This document shows, piece after piece, positions 24,577 through 36,929 of a stretch of 64,000 bases of DNA (positions are counted from its first letter, which is position 1; the number at the start of each line of letters is the position of its first letter). The notes under the pieces are model-generated. The model did not search any database and was not told where the DNA came from. It saw nothing but the letters and a program-made list of their open reading frames with translations. Position numbers and translations under genes: made by a program. Location: assembly GCA_964276515.1 (NCBI GenBank), contig OZ193909.1, positions 7,936,001-8,000,000 of the forward strand, written 5' to 3'. The stretch comes from Gordius albopunctatus (lineage: Eukaryota).

Positions 24577-26602
24577 GTCTTATCACGTGTGTAGAAAGGC
24601 TCTATTGATTGGATAAAAGTAATGACGTATTATCTACATGGAAAGGCGTATAAAAATAGGCATATAATAAATACATAGCAATGCCAGTTCCAACCGTGCA
24701 TCTTAAGAATGTCACAGGTGCTCAAAAAAATTAATAATAGACTTTAAAAGGAGCAAAAAGCCTATAATTATATAAGGGCAAAATATAAAAAAAATATAAT
24801 TCACATTTTAGGCAGTGGTAATTTTTTCTATTAATCAGCAGACGGTAAAATAGCCTTTAATTATATAAGGGCAAAATATAGAAAAATAATTTGCCCTCAC
24901 CGAGATTCGAACTCATATCAGTGGAGGCATAGGTCCTTGTAAGGGGGTGTTGCCACGGGTATCGTACTCAGGATGGCTTCGAAATCCCAAGCGGTCGCAG
25001 TGGTAAACACGACTAAATATGACGTCAATTCGACGTAGGTATATCGGGCAAAAAACAAGGCTTTTTTTGCGAGAGGGAAAAAAGATTGAGGGAGGAATTA
25101 AAGCCAACCAGGGGTCATTATTATTTATTTTTTGTATATTTGATGCTAATTTGGTGATTTAGGCTTGGGATGGTTTTTGTCATTGGTTGATGTTATTGAG
25201 ATTTGTGGAATATGAATTAGTTTATTTAAATCAATCGCGAATACAAGATAATTAGAATAAGCCCGCTGAAAAATATGGTTGTCGAAATAATGAATCGAGG
25301 AAGTAAGTTATGAATGCGTGGGACAAGGAATATAGAAGTTACATAATAAACGACGCGAATATGCATATATAAACGATGCAGCTCACCACACTAAGATACC
25401 ATAAATGCCAAAACGCGCAGGCACAAAAGTGAAAATGAATTTTGCCCTTTGGCCTGGGTGAGATAAGGTTAATTCGCAGAAAATCATTTCGCCCAACAAA
25501 CTAGACAAGTTCCTCAAAATTCATAAAAATAAAGGTAAGAATCGGGTACAAAAACAATAATGGGCTCGGGCGAGGGAAACAGCGGTCATTACCTAGTCTA
25601 TCAGCAAAAGTAAAATAAAAGTTTTTTTACAAAAGCATAAGTTTAAACCCGTATAAGGTTCCACGGAAATTATCAAAAAAATTACAAGCTGGACAGGACT
25701 GAGAAGACGGACAGAAAACAAACAGACAACCAAAAGAGAGCTTATAAATTGCATAGCAATTAATATCATTTCGCAATAATAATAATTCTAATAATCATGA
25801 TAAGAGGAGGGAAGGGGGTATACATCAGAGGTCCGACTTGTTTGGGATTTTTTGCCCGAACCCGGCTCGATTCAATTTTTAACTTCATTGCCCGCCCGGG
25901 CCCGCCCGAATCTCCCAGTCCGAAATATTAAATTTGTCCATTAGTCCCAAATTTATGCGATCCAAACCAGAGGCCAGATTCTTTGAAATTTTTATGTCCG
26001 AACCCGACCTAGTCCAAATTTTTAACTAAATTGCCCCCCTGAACCCTTCTAAGTGTCCGTTCGGCCACACGCGAATCATTAGAGCTCCCCCCATCAATTA
26101 AATTTGCCCGTTAGACCCCAATTTACGCAATCTCCAAATCTTTCAACCACTATTAAAAAATTGTCACACAATTTTTATAGATTAATTGCTAATGCATTTA
26201 CGTTAATAAAAAATTATTTAAATTAGTAATACTTACTTTGCTATAGAATATAACGGGAAATTTTTTTATTTGTATTGTGTGAAAATGGCATAACGCCTTT
26301 GTTTAAGTCTAGACGGCACACATGTGTATTGCGAACAATAAAATGGCTACATCTTATATATAAAAATGAAACTATGTCTGTGTGTATATATGCCGCCACC
26401 AATTTTGGAAAACTACCAGACCGATTTGGCTCAAAATTTCACAGTTTATTCCTGACACTTCGGAGCATATTTTAAAATGCCAAATCGATCCAGTTGTTTT
26501 AGAGTATTTTTACGCGTTGCATTGTATACGGAAATAGAACAGAAGTAGAACATATAGACATCAAACTTTATTTTTACTTCAATATCCGCTTTATCATCAT
26601 AT

Positions 26603-29600
26603 CCAATAGCTGTTTGTCACACTAATGTGGTCAGCTTCTTTAGATAGTTAGATAAGGGGTGATGCTCGGCTATCCAGGCCTGACAGCCGTGGTGACGATG
26701 TGATTTTTTTTTTTTTAAATTGACATGCTTTATTAAATAAAAAGTATTAAATATGGAGTGGAATTAATAAAAAGATACAAGAACGAAAACATTTATATAA
26801 AAATAGGATTAAAACTGAATATCCGTTTCTTCATCTTTGAGAATGGGCATTGAATCCATCAAAGAATAAAAATTAGATTTAGCGATCGCGATGGCAATTG
26901 ATTGTCGTAGTAAAAAACTATTCGATATTTTACAAGGGGGCGAGCGTTTATTAAGTTCTTTAAAAAAAAATTAAAGCGCTCTTCCCAAATGTCCCTGAGC
27001 ACGATGAGACGATAGGAATAAAAATCGAGTTTTGGGATAAAGCTGAATATTTTAAGGATTTCCGATGCTCTGCCGATCCAAGGGGGTCGTGAGTATCGTT
27101 GGAGGGGGCAAAAAGGTCTATACAGGTGTAGTCCCATTTTAAGAAAAGGCCTTTGTCCCATGGGATAAGGGACGAACCGTCCGGGCGCATCCGCTCTTCG
27201 AGAGAGGGATCTGAAGGTTCAAGGATCGAAGGGACTTTTGCCCGTTTGAGGGCAGCTTGAAGCAGTGTATTTATTTTTTGGTGCCTACCATACCGGCTTT
27301 TGTTAAATTTACAATGCAGAGGGTGACGTGCTTCCTCATCTAGAAGTGAATTACAAAGCCGGCAGGGGTATGGGGACGTGTATTTACAGCCCAAGCGGAG
27401 GGCTATATTGTAGGACAGGGTAGGATTCTCCAAAAACATACCCGAAAACTTACTAGGGTAAGCTTCAAGGTATTCATGTCCGGATTGGTCGAAAGCCAAT
27501 GACCTAAGATTGCAATGCTGTTTGGCGTCGCATGTCGAGAGAAGGTAAGCAACGGACCGCGACACCAAGCTTGCATCCAAATCTTTTTGAGCGTATGATT
27601 GCGGAATGTGAACTCCTACATTGACATTCTCGTTCCATAAGGATAGGGCTTGATTTATGGAGGGATTAAGTGGGAATGGGACAAGGTCGTTGATATGATG
27701 TTTAAAAGATAGAGAGGAAGAAATAAAGGCGGCTAGGGAAATCGCAGATGGGGAGCGAATACCAAGGCCACCGGATTTTGTGGGAAGTGTGGCTTGAAGC
27801 CAAGTGTTAAAGGAAATATTTAAAATTGATTCAAGAGTGGATTTAAAAAAGTTTTCATAGTCGTGTAAAACTTCTTTAAATAAAAAAGCTTGCGTGGAGC
27901 GGAAGCAGAATAAAATTTTGCTAATGTTGTAATAATTTTTTATAATATAAAAAGAATGATGAGATGGCATAGATTTAAAAATGTCTAATTTGGTTTTTAA
28001 AGAAGAGAGATTTTTGTCTAAAAATTTTTTAAGGCACTGGGGTCCCCCGATAGGTGCGCCTAAAACATACAAATTGTCTTTTTTAATTTTGGCAAAGTCA
28101 AAAAACTTTGGGTGAATATTATCCAAGTCAGAATATATTTCACTTTTAGAGGCGTTTAAACATAAGTTTAGAGTGGGGAAAAAAGCATGTATTACATCTA
28201 GTGCTTGGGCTAGGTTGTCAGGGGTCCCAACAAGAGTGGCGTCATCAAGATACCAGACATTAAGAGTAAGTTTACAGTGTTTGTTAATTTCGTTAATTAG
28301 GTGATTTATGGCCAAGCAGAATAAAGGGGGGCCTAGAGGATCGCCTTGTTGGATCCCTTCTGCGGATTCGATGAAGAATTCTCCAAATTTCAAAATCGAA
28401 GGGCATCCATAACTTAAAATGATGTAGTTGGTGTAGTGGGGAAACAGTTTGATAAATTCATTAATGAAGGCAGTGCGGCGAATGCTGTTGAAAGCATTTT
28501 TAAAACCCAGTTTTATAAAGGAGTCACCCGGTGGGAGGTGTTCCAGGGCTAAGCGTGCGGCATGGGTAGCTATCTCGCACCCTCCTTTGACCCCAAAGCC
28601 TAGTTGATGCGGAATTAAAGTTGGGGTCAATATTGGTTTGATCGCCGAGCAAATTAATTTAGAAATAATTCTTCGAAAAACACCGCCGATAGCGATAGGC
28701 CTGGCTGAATTGTCAGCCTTCCTAATAGCTAAAAGCTTAGCTCCAAAGACTATGGGCGTTATTTCTTTAGGTATACTCCCATTGACTAAAAGGTTACAAA
28801 ATTTGGTGAGTAAGTCTAATAAGATGGAGGAGTTATTATTATCAATTGTTATAAGATCTTTTAAAAAAATTGGTTTTATGCCGTCGAGACCACCTGCAGA
28901 ATCCATGGGAAAGGATAAGATGGCATCTCGAATTTCTGGTGACTTAAAAGCAATATCTGAAGGTTGCGAGGGCGATAGGTAAGTAGACGATAGACTCTGG
29001 GGGTGTTTGAGAACCATTTCTTCGTATGATTTTTGTGAAGGACTCAGAAATGAATTGTCTTCTTCAAGAAAGTTAATATGTGGGATTCCTTTCTCTCAAT
29101 GTTATATGCTGGAGGGCTGTTTTGACTGTCGAACTTTAAAACTGATTGTTTAATATTATGAGTGATATTTGCTTCTTTGTCTTGAGGAATGGATAAAATG
29201 TAAAAAGAGAATTTAAATAGTTTCTCCCAATAGGAAAGGTTCTGAGGGAGGGAAATAATATTGTTAAGTAAGTTTATTAAAAACTGTTGCATGCACGCCC
29301 GGGCCCCCCTTGGAATTCTGGATATGGTTGGTGGGAATGTTTGAGATAAAAAGGCTGTACTCCATGTCATGTCATTTTTTTCATTTGTGGTATAGTAGGT
29401 TTGATGAGGTATTAGATTAGGAATATCAGTACCAGAGGGACTGAGAATAATGTTATCTTCCAATATTAAGGTTAATGGTGGACATGTAGTGTTTGGGGGA
29501 GCGAGCTTCCCCGAGGAGGGGCATTTATTGGTGACAGGGCCATGTTGTAAAAAACAATTCTTTTTGTTTAATGAGATATTTCGATGACACAAGGGGCATA

Positions 29601-30515
29601 GGGCTTTTAAAAGGACCATTTAATATGTATATGAATTTTATCAGACAAAGAAAAGAATTTATTCATGTCAAAACTGATGATTTATTGTAAGACTCTGAGT
29701 AATTATGAGTGGGAGGATAAAGGACAACCTTAAGGATAGAGTAAGTGGCATTGCAGTTGTTTTTTAAAAAAAAATTTGTTACCTTGGTTAGATAAGTTAT
29801 TTTGTAAAAGATACTATATTGCATATTGTAAATGTTGGTTGTAATTGTTAAAAAGTTGCCTGATAAGATATTGTATATAATTTTTAATTTTTGGGTATAT
29901 AATTTTAGGTCTAAATATGTGCAAAAAAAATAAACTATGGATGTTAATAAAATAGTGATAAGAAATGTATAAATGATTGAAATACTGTAAGTGGTTTCTA
30001 GGTTATTAAGTAGAGGGTTCAGTTTGCTTTGAGTAGTAGTGATGATGTTAGAGAGAAAGATTGGGTGAGGTAATTGTTTGTTTTTTTGTAAAGAGTTTCT
30101 GAGTAAATGAATGTTTGCTTTGAATAGTAGGGATCAAGTTGAAAATAATGGGTGTGGTTGTGAGTCTTTCTCAGTAATTTGCTTGATTGTTGTTTGAATG
30201 TTTGGACTTCTTAATGTTGTTGAGCTGAAACTTTGGGGGATAGACACTTGCATGTGTTGGATGCAATGTGAATAGGAATAGATGCCATAGTGGATAAAGT
30301 GGATTGATAGCAATTTTTTTTAATATTTCAGGCCGGTCATTTCGGGCAGCTCTAATGTTTCGGGCGGGCAATGAGGTTAAAAAATAGAACCGGGCCGGTT
30401 TCGGGCATAAAATTTGAAATTTTTAATCTTTTGAAATAAGTTCCAGAGGTGGGATTGAACCACCGAGCTCATGCTTCAAAGTCTAAATCTTTACCCACTA
30501 AGCCACTACGCCCCA
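26603..30515 (-). mobile_element. tRNA-derived SINE (head 30446-30514, tail about 26603-26702) split by the LINE insertion
   Basis: 17-bp direct repeat CCGCTTTATCATCATAT at 26586-26602 and 30516-30532; head with A box TGGCTTAGTGG, B box GGTTCAATCCC and a paired T-arm. Confidence 0.7.
26703..30330 (-). mobile_element. CRE/NeSL-like non-LTR retrotransposon (zinc finger, RT, restriction-like endonuclease) with poly(A) tail; 5' boundary approximate
   Basis: ORFs 29044-29619 (CPLC...H...CPSSG finger) and 26960-29017 (RPIAIG, QLGFG, FKNAFN, QQGDPLGP, WYLDD, C..C...H...C, RH, RPDG..L.PW.KG..L.WD); a T run from about 26704 is the poly(A) tail on the minus strand. Confidence 0.9.
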
Positions 30516-31769
30516 CCGCTTTATCATCATATATGCCCTAAAATTCCAACATAATTTAATACACCCGGATAAATGGCAAAACAAAGTTTGCCGGGTTCAT
30601 CTAGTAAATTTATATATTTCAATCCTTTCCATAAACGTAGCTAGGAAATTGAGTCCGACAAAAATTGAACTTGGGGGTAGCAGCATTCGCGATATACAAT
30701 CTAATAAAAAAGTAACAATGCAATAAATTATGATTTTAATTTAATTATGATCGAATTCCCCAAATCTTATAAGCGTTCCCGCCCTAAATTAAAGTTTAAG
30801 ACAGTTGAGGGCCGGCCGGGCATTTCTGGCCTCTGGTATATATCAAACGAAAAGTGCTGAGTGTAAATCTATTTCTTATCCCCTGCTTTTATACGCGTAG
30901 ACTAAATAGACTGGTCATGCCATATGTTCTATATCAGTGATGATCAAAATCTATGTCAGGTTTTCCCGAGGTCGGTTAAGCTTGCAAAAACCTTATAAGG
31001 GTTTTTCAACAGCTAAACCTAAACCTGAGGTTGATCCCGAAAATCAACCAGAAAAACCTTAAAGTCAATTATACACCCAACCAGAACTTCATTAATTCTT
31101 TTTAATGGGATAATTTTAAGTATAAATTGTGATTTTATTTTAAATATTTGTCTTATTCAAGATGCTCTAAATTTTTTAAATATTCACAATTTTAAATGGA
31201 GGAAAAAAGTTTATTGTTATTTTTAAAAAATAATATGAGAAATTATTAAAAAACAAATAATTTAATATTTAACATATATATTTGATAAAAGCGCCATCTA
31301 CATATTAACAAATTTTTATAAAGCGTTGGGATGCATTGCATTTCATGCATATACAATGGAGTAGTGTTGAAAGAACGGCTGGGGTTTGCTTTTTGACCTT
31401 TGGTTTTAGTCGACTAAACATAAACAAACCAAAGATTTGATCTAAAATTATTTGGTCTGATTACACGGTTCAACAAGAAAAATTAACCGGCAAACTGTTT
31501 GCAGATTCTGGTAGAGGTTTTCACGGTGAACACAAATATGTTTTTAGTTTTTTACCTATACGTCAAGTTTTTTAAATATTCGCTGTCAAAGTTGCCCAAA
31601 ACGCGATTTTAGCATTTTTCAAACGTGAATAACTTGCAAATTAGTCGGTAAAAATTTTATTTAATAGATTTAATACGTAGATTTAGGAGAGAGGAATGTA
31701 TTTACAATTTTTTTATGTTAGCACTTTTACTTTTTAAATTATATACAAAATTAATTATGATGGTTCTCT

Positions 31770-32220
31770 ACCCGGAGAGGACAATTTTTTTTAATAAAAT
31801 TAATATATTGTTCTTGTTAATACCATTGATAATATGACTTTTTGAACGTGTCCTGGCTACTGACCAATTAAAAAAATGAAGATTGGCCAAATTGTGATTC
31901 GAAATTTTTTTTTCGTTTTTGAATTGGTATATTAGCTTAAAATTGATAATGACACCATGCCCTCCCCTACAAGGGCCTATGCCTCTACTGCGTACCTGTA
32001 CCCCTACAAAGTCTTATGCCTCTACTGATGTGGGTTCGAATCCCGGAGAGGACAATTTTTATATATATTTTATTATTTAATTAATATATTGTTCTTGTTA
32101 ATACCATTGATAATATGAATTTTTGGCCGTCCGCTGGCTACTAACCAATGAAAAAATGAACATTTGCCAAATTGTGAATCGAAATTTTTTTTCATTTTTT
32201 TTTCGTTTGTTTTTGTTAAT
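31770..32220 (+). repeat. Repeat family with B-box-like GGTTCGAATCCC and a GCTACTGACCAATGAAAAAATG core (also near 18890-19060, 35330-35390, 36115-36520, 48695-49050)
   Basis: Several similar copies in both orientations; some end in the DINE-like TAAATTGCATAGCAA plus hairpin terminus. Confidence 0.75.
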
Positions 32221-32234
32221 ACCATTTATAATAT

Positions 32235-35200
32235 AAAACACTACCTACGACGGTCCCAAGTCCGTGTGCAAAAAATGGAGGGTTGGCGTCAGGTCAGAAA
32301 TCGGCTATAAAAATCAACTCCAAAATTTATGATAGTTTCAAACGAGATTTTACAAGAAAAGGCTAGGGCGTCGTCCACAAACGACGCGCACTGCATACCC
32401 CGCCGGTGCAATGTGAAAAATACACTAGGGTTACTGCCCAACTCACAACGAAGGCGGTTAAGGAAACTAGTTGTGAAAGGAATGCGAATTACGTGCTGGA
32501 ATGTGGGAACGTTGACGGGGAAGAGCATCGAGGTCGCACGGATATTAAAAAGAAGAAAGGTACACATCGCCTGCCTACAAGAGACGAGGTGGAACGGAAA
32601 TAAAGCTCGGGAATTAGGAGAAGGATACAAGCTTTTCTACAGTGGGTCACCAAATCGTAGAAACGGGGTCTGTATCGTTCTAAGCGAATCGTTCAAGGAC
32701 AAGGTGGTGGAAGTCAAACGTTGTTCCGACAGGCTAATGTGGGTGAAGATTACAGATCAAGGGGGCCTCCTAACCGTTATGTGCGCGTATTCTCCCCAAA
32801 TTGGGTGTTCGGAATCAGAGAAAGACATATTCTTCGAATCATTGGAAAAGGAAATACAAGGAATCCGACAGGAAGAAAGGCTAATTATTGGGGCCTATTT
32901 CAACGCTCACGTAGGGAAAGATCGCCTCGGATATGAACGCAATCATGGAGGCTATGGGCATGGTCTGAAGAACAAAGAAGGGGAAAAACTTCTCCAAGTA
33001 TCCCAAGCATATGACATGGCGATCGTTAGCACCTATTTTCAAAAGCGCGAAGATCATATTGTGACCTATAGAAGTGGGAAGCATTTTAGTCAAATCGACT
33101 ATTTGCTTATACGGCGAAAGGACTTATGGAGTATCAAAGATTGCAAAGTAATACCGGGAGAAGAAATCGCCAGGCAACATCGTCCCCTTGTTATGGATCT
33201 TGACAGAAGAGTATTTCCCGAAAGAAGAAAGGTATATGAACCTCGAATTCGATACGAAAGGCTAAAGGATACGTCGACGAACAAAGAATACCATCAAAAA
33301 GCCTCCTCACTCTTGGGTGCAAGGAAGTTGCAAAGGGACGTAGACGAAGATTGGGAAACGCTATCTAAGGACATTAAGGAAACAGCGATTCGTTTTCTAG
33401 GACAGACCAATGGAGGCAAAGCTATGAATAGGGAACTATGGTGGTGGGATCAATCGGTTAAAAATTTCATCAAAATAAAGAAAAATCTATATAGACGGTG
33501 GCATAAATCAAAAAAGTCGGAGGATTATCAAGAGTACAGGGACGCAAAGAGGGCCGCAAAAAAGGCCGTTGCAAAAGCGAAGAATGCTGCGTACACCGAG
33601 ATGGCAAACAAACTGGATCATAAAGGGGGCGATAGGCTTATGTACAAATTTGCCAAGATAAGGGAGAAGAAAAGTCGAGATGTCGGAGTTCTTAAAATAG
33701 TCAAAAGCGAGAAGGGTCAAACCTTATTCAAGCCGAAGGAAGTGATGGAAAGGATATTTTAAGAAACTTATGAATATTGCAAATGACAAGGATTCCCTTC
33801 CCGAAATTGAGCCAAATATAAGTATGGTCGAACTCTTTCAGAAGGATGAAGTTAGGACACAAATGAACAAGATGCAAAAAGGAAAAGCAAATGGCCCAGA
33901 GGGAATACCTATGGAACCATTGCTCGGATTTCGTGAAGAAGGAGTCACCACCATGACGAACCTCCTTAACAAGATATTGGTAGAAGAGCGAATCCCTAAT
34001 CAATGGAAAGCAAGCACGATTATACCCTTATTCAAAGGGAAAGAAGACCCTCAGGACTGCGGCAATTACAGAGGTATCAAGCTAACTTGCCACTCCCTGA
34101 AGCTTTTGGAAAGGATCTTAGTAACAAGGCTGAAAAACGAGGTGGAAATATCGGCTAATCAATTCGGATTCGTGGCCGGCAAATCCACAATCGACCCAAT
34201 CTTCGCCCTAAGACAAATGATGGATAAGTATGGTGAAAAGAGGAAAGACCTACATATGGTTTTTATCGACTTGGAGAAAGCTTATGACACGGTCTCCCGC
34301 GATTTAATATGGTGGTGCCTGAGGAAACAAAATATCCCTGACGCATATATACGGCTTATGAAAAATATCTATGAAGCCTCAAACTCTTGCTTTAGGACGA
34401 CAGTTGGAGACTCTAAACCTTTTCGGGTTAATATTGGATTACATCAAGGCTCTGCTTTAAGTCCCTTTTTATTTAATATAATTATAGACACGATAACGAG
34501 GGACTTTCAAAAGCCATCGCCATGGTGTATGCTATATGCCGATGATATAGTACTATGCGAGGAAAAAAGGGAGAAGGTATTCGAAGAAGCAGAAAAGTGG
34601 TCAAAGCGCTTAGCTGGATATGGTTTAAAGGTCAACGATCGAAAAACGGTATACATGGAAATGAACGGTACAAGCACCCCATCGCTGGATGACCACCTAA
34701 AATACCCAAAAGTAGACAGGTTTAATTACCTCGGCTCTATGCTACATCAAGAGGGAGGTTGCGCAACTGAAATCAATGCCCGGATTCAAAAAGGATGGCT
34801 TAAATGGCGAAGTATATCCGGTGTAATGTGCGACAAGAAAATGCCAATATGGTTGAAGAGCAAAGCTTACAAATCCATCGTAAGACCGGTGTTACTCTAT
34901 GGAAGTGAAACATGGGCATTAAACACCACGGAGGGAAAGTTATTACAAGCCACGGAGATGAGAATGATACGGTGGAGCTTGGGGTATACTAAGCTCGACC
35001 ATATGACGAATGACTTTCTCATGACAAAAATGGGTATTCAACCTATGGCGGACATGATTAACGAAAATCGGCTAAGATGGTATGGGCATATACTAAGAAG
35101 GGACCCGGATGACGTAAATCGAAAAGTGCTAGACATGAAAATACCGGGGAAGAGAGGAAGAGGACGACCCCGTGTCACGTGGAAAAGGCAAGTCGATAAA

Positions 35201-35316
35201 GTTATGGAAACTAAGGAGATTCGTCAAGACATGGCACTAACCCGGTCAAGATGGAAGAGACTCATCAAAACAAACCCCACCAATGTGGGATCAAATAACT
35301 GATAAAGAAGAAGAAG
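32235..35316 (+). mobile_element. Near full-length RTE-clade LINE (APE endonuclease + RT), one frameshift near 33750
   Basis: 14-bp TSD ACCATTTATAATAT (32221-32234, 35317-35330), (AAG)n tail; ORFs 32329-33762 and 33770-35302 with NYRGIKL, FIDLEKAYD, GLHQGSALSP, LYADD, RLRWYGHILRR, RGRGRPR..W. Confidence 0.97.
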
Positions 35317-36114
35317 ACCATTTATAATATGACTTTTTGACCGTCTTCAAGCTGCTGACCAATGAAAAAAAAATTACCATTGGCCAAAGTATAATTTTTT
35401 ATGAGTTTGACATTTTCCAATATATAATCATCATATCATTTATTTTTATTTAATAACTTAGAATTTTTCAGGTTAAAAGTTGTTTTATAAAAAAATATTA
35501 AGTTACCGAAATAAAATGACTCCAAACCTACCATATTAAATGAAAAGATGGTTGTTAAAATTAATCTATAAATTAACAATATAACTAAATATGAATACTT
35601 ATTAAGTATTTATTATTATAACAAGCAATTTAAATGGCCCTATGATTAGTAGGAAGCTTGATTCGCGGCAAAAAAAACAAAATTTATTACACCTATAATT
35701 TTACCGGTTGAATATAACCATAGTCTAAACTCTAAAGAAAGACAATATATCACCAAAACCCAGGTCCAAGGCAAATATTCGAAATTTGGACAAATACTCG
35801 AAGATATTTTTGTTAAGTTATTGAAAAATTCACATTTTTACACTACACCTATTAACTTTAATGATTTTTTGAAATATGTCATGGGTCACCCTTAAAACCA
35901 ACGAGAAAATTATCTTGTCAAATTCTTTTAAGTTCATCCCGCCTTATTCCTACTGCTTGAGCTTGTATTTGCTGTTACAACTTAACCTCTTAAGCATTTT
36001 ATCCCTCTTGATGACAGAGCTTATGCGTCCAAGCACATATGCTAGTATTTTAATCTAACCCATTTATCGATTTTTTAATTTAGTCAAGTTTTAATTTAGG
36101 ATTTGAAGTGTATA

Positions 36115-36520
36115 TGACTTGCTGGTTCGATACCCGGAGAGGACAAATTTTTTTAAATTAAATTAAGATATTGTTCTTGTTAATACCATTGATAATATGA
36201 CTTTTTGGTGTCCGCTGGCTACTGACCAATGAAAAAAATGACCATTGGTTAAAGCGAGATTAAAATCGATTTTTTTTATTATAATTATAGGCTACCTATT
36301 TGGCTGTCTGCTAACCATTAGAAAAGATCACCACTGCCCAAAGTGATGGAAAATTTGTATAAATAATTAACTAATCATTTTGCATTTAATACCCTCCTAT
36401 AGGCATTCTTGCCCCTTCCCACCTTTCTCGCCCATAAATTCATAGCAAATATGCTACTTTTATACGGAGTATAGATGAGTTTCGTTCCCCCCTTCCAACG
36501 AGAGCCGAAGGCCCGAGTTT
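36115..36520 (+). mobile_element. DINE-1/HINE-like element copy
   Basis: Colinear with the inverted copy at 48695-49050; ends CATAGCAAATATGCTAC...GCCGAAGGCCCGAGTTTT. Confidence 0.65.
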
Positions 36521-36929
36521 TTTCTTATTTAGTTTTAGATATTGGATATTATTATTAATAAAAAAATAATTTTTTAGGCATAGTTTTTTTATAGTGTATT
36601 TGTTGAATATATGGTTTGCGCATAAGATACTTAAAATTATTTCGAGGTGGTATTATTGAATTATTTGTTTTAAATTAATTTTAGTATGCGATTTTTTTAG
36701 GTTTTCTTAAATAATCATTACTTGTTTTTGAATATTTTGTATCGTTTTCTTTCGCTCATTAATTAATATGCAAAAGTTATTTAACCTTAGTTGATAATAT
36801 TAATACTTAATAAATTTTCATAGAATGTTGTCACTATTTAAAAATACACAAGAGACTAAGTTAAAATTTTTTATCGATGTTTGTAAGACAATTGGTTAGT
36901 TTTATTATTGTCAGCATGTTTGTTACTAC

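Larger units (their letters stand above)
26352..30604 (+). mobile_element. Non-autonomous Helitron
   Basis: Starts 5'-TC (A|TCTTATATATAAAAATG), ends AAGTTTGCCGGGTTCATCTAG|T; inserted between A and T without TSD, as shown by the uninterrupted host sequence near 9460-9480. Confidence 0.85.
25826..30835. mobile_element. hAT-type MITE (relative of 8820-9731) hosting nested Helitron, SINE and LINE
   Basis: CAGAGG...CCTCTG termini, near-perfect 8-bp TSD GTATACAT/GTATATAT; the flanks rejoin to the reverse complement of sequence near 9430-9535. Confidence 0.85.

Noticed and set aside
30446..30514. tRNA-Gln(TTG)-like sequence on the minus strand
   Set aside because: A and B boxes and the T-arm are present, but the acceptor and anticodon stems do not pair; it lies at the edge of a TSD-bounded insertion, so it is treated as a SINE head.
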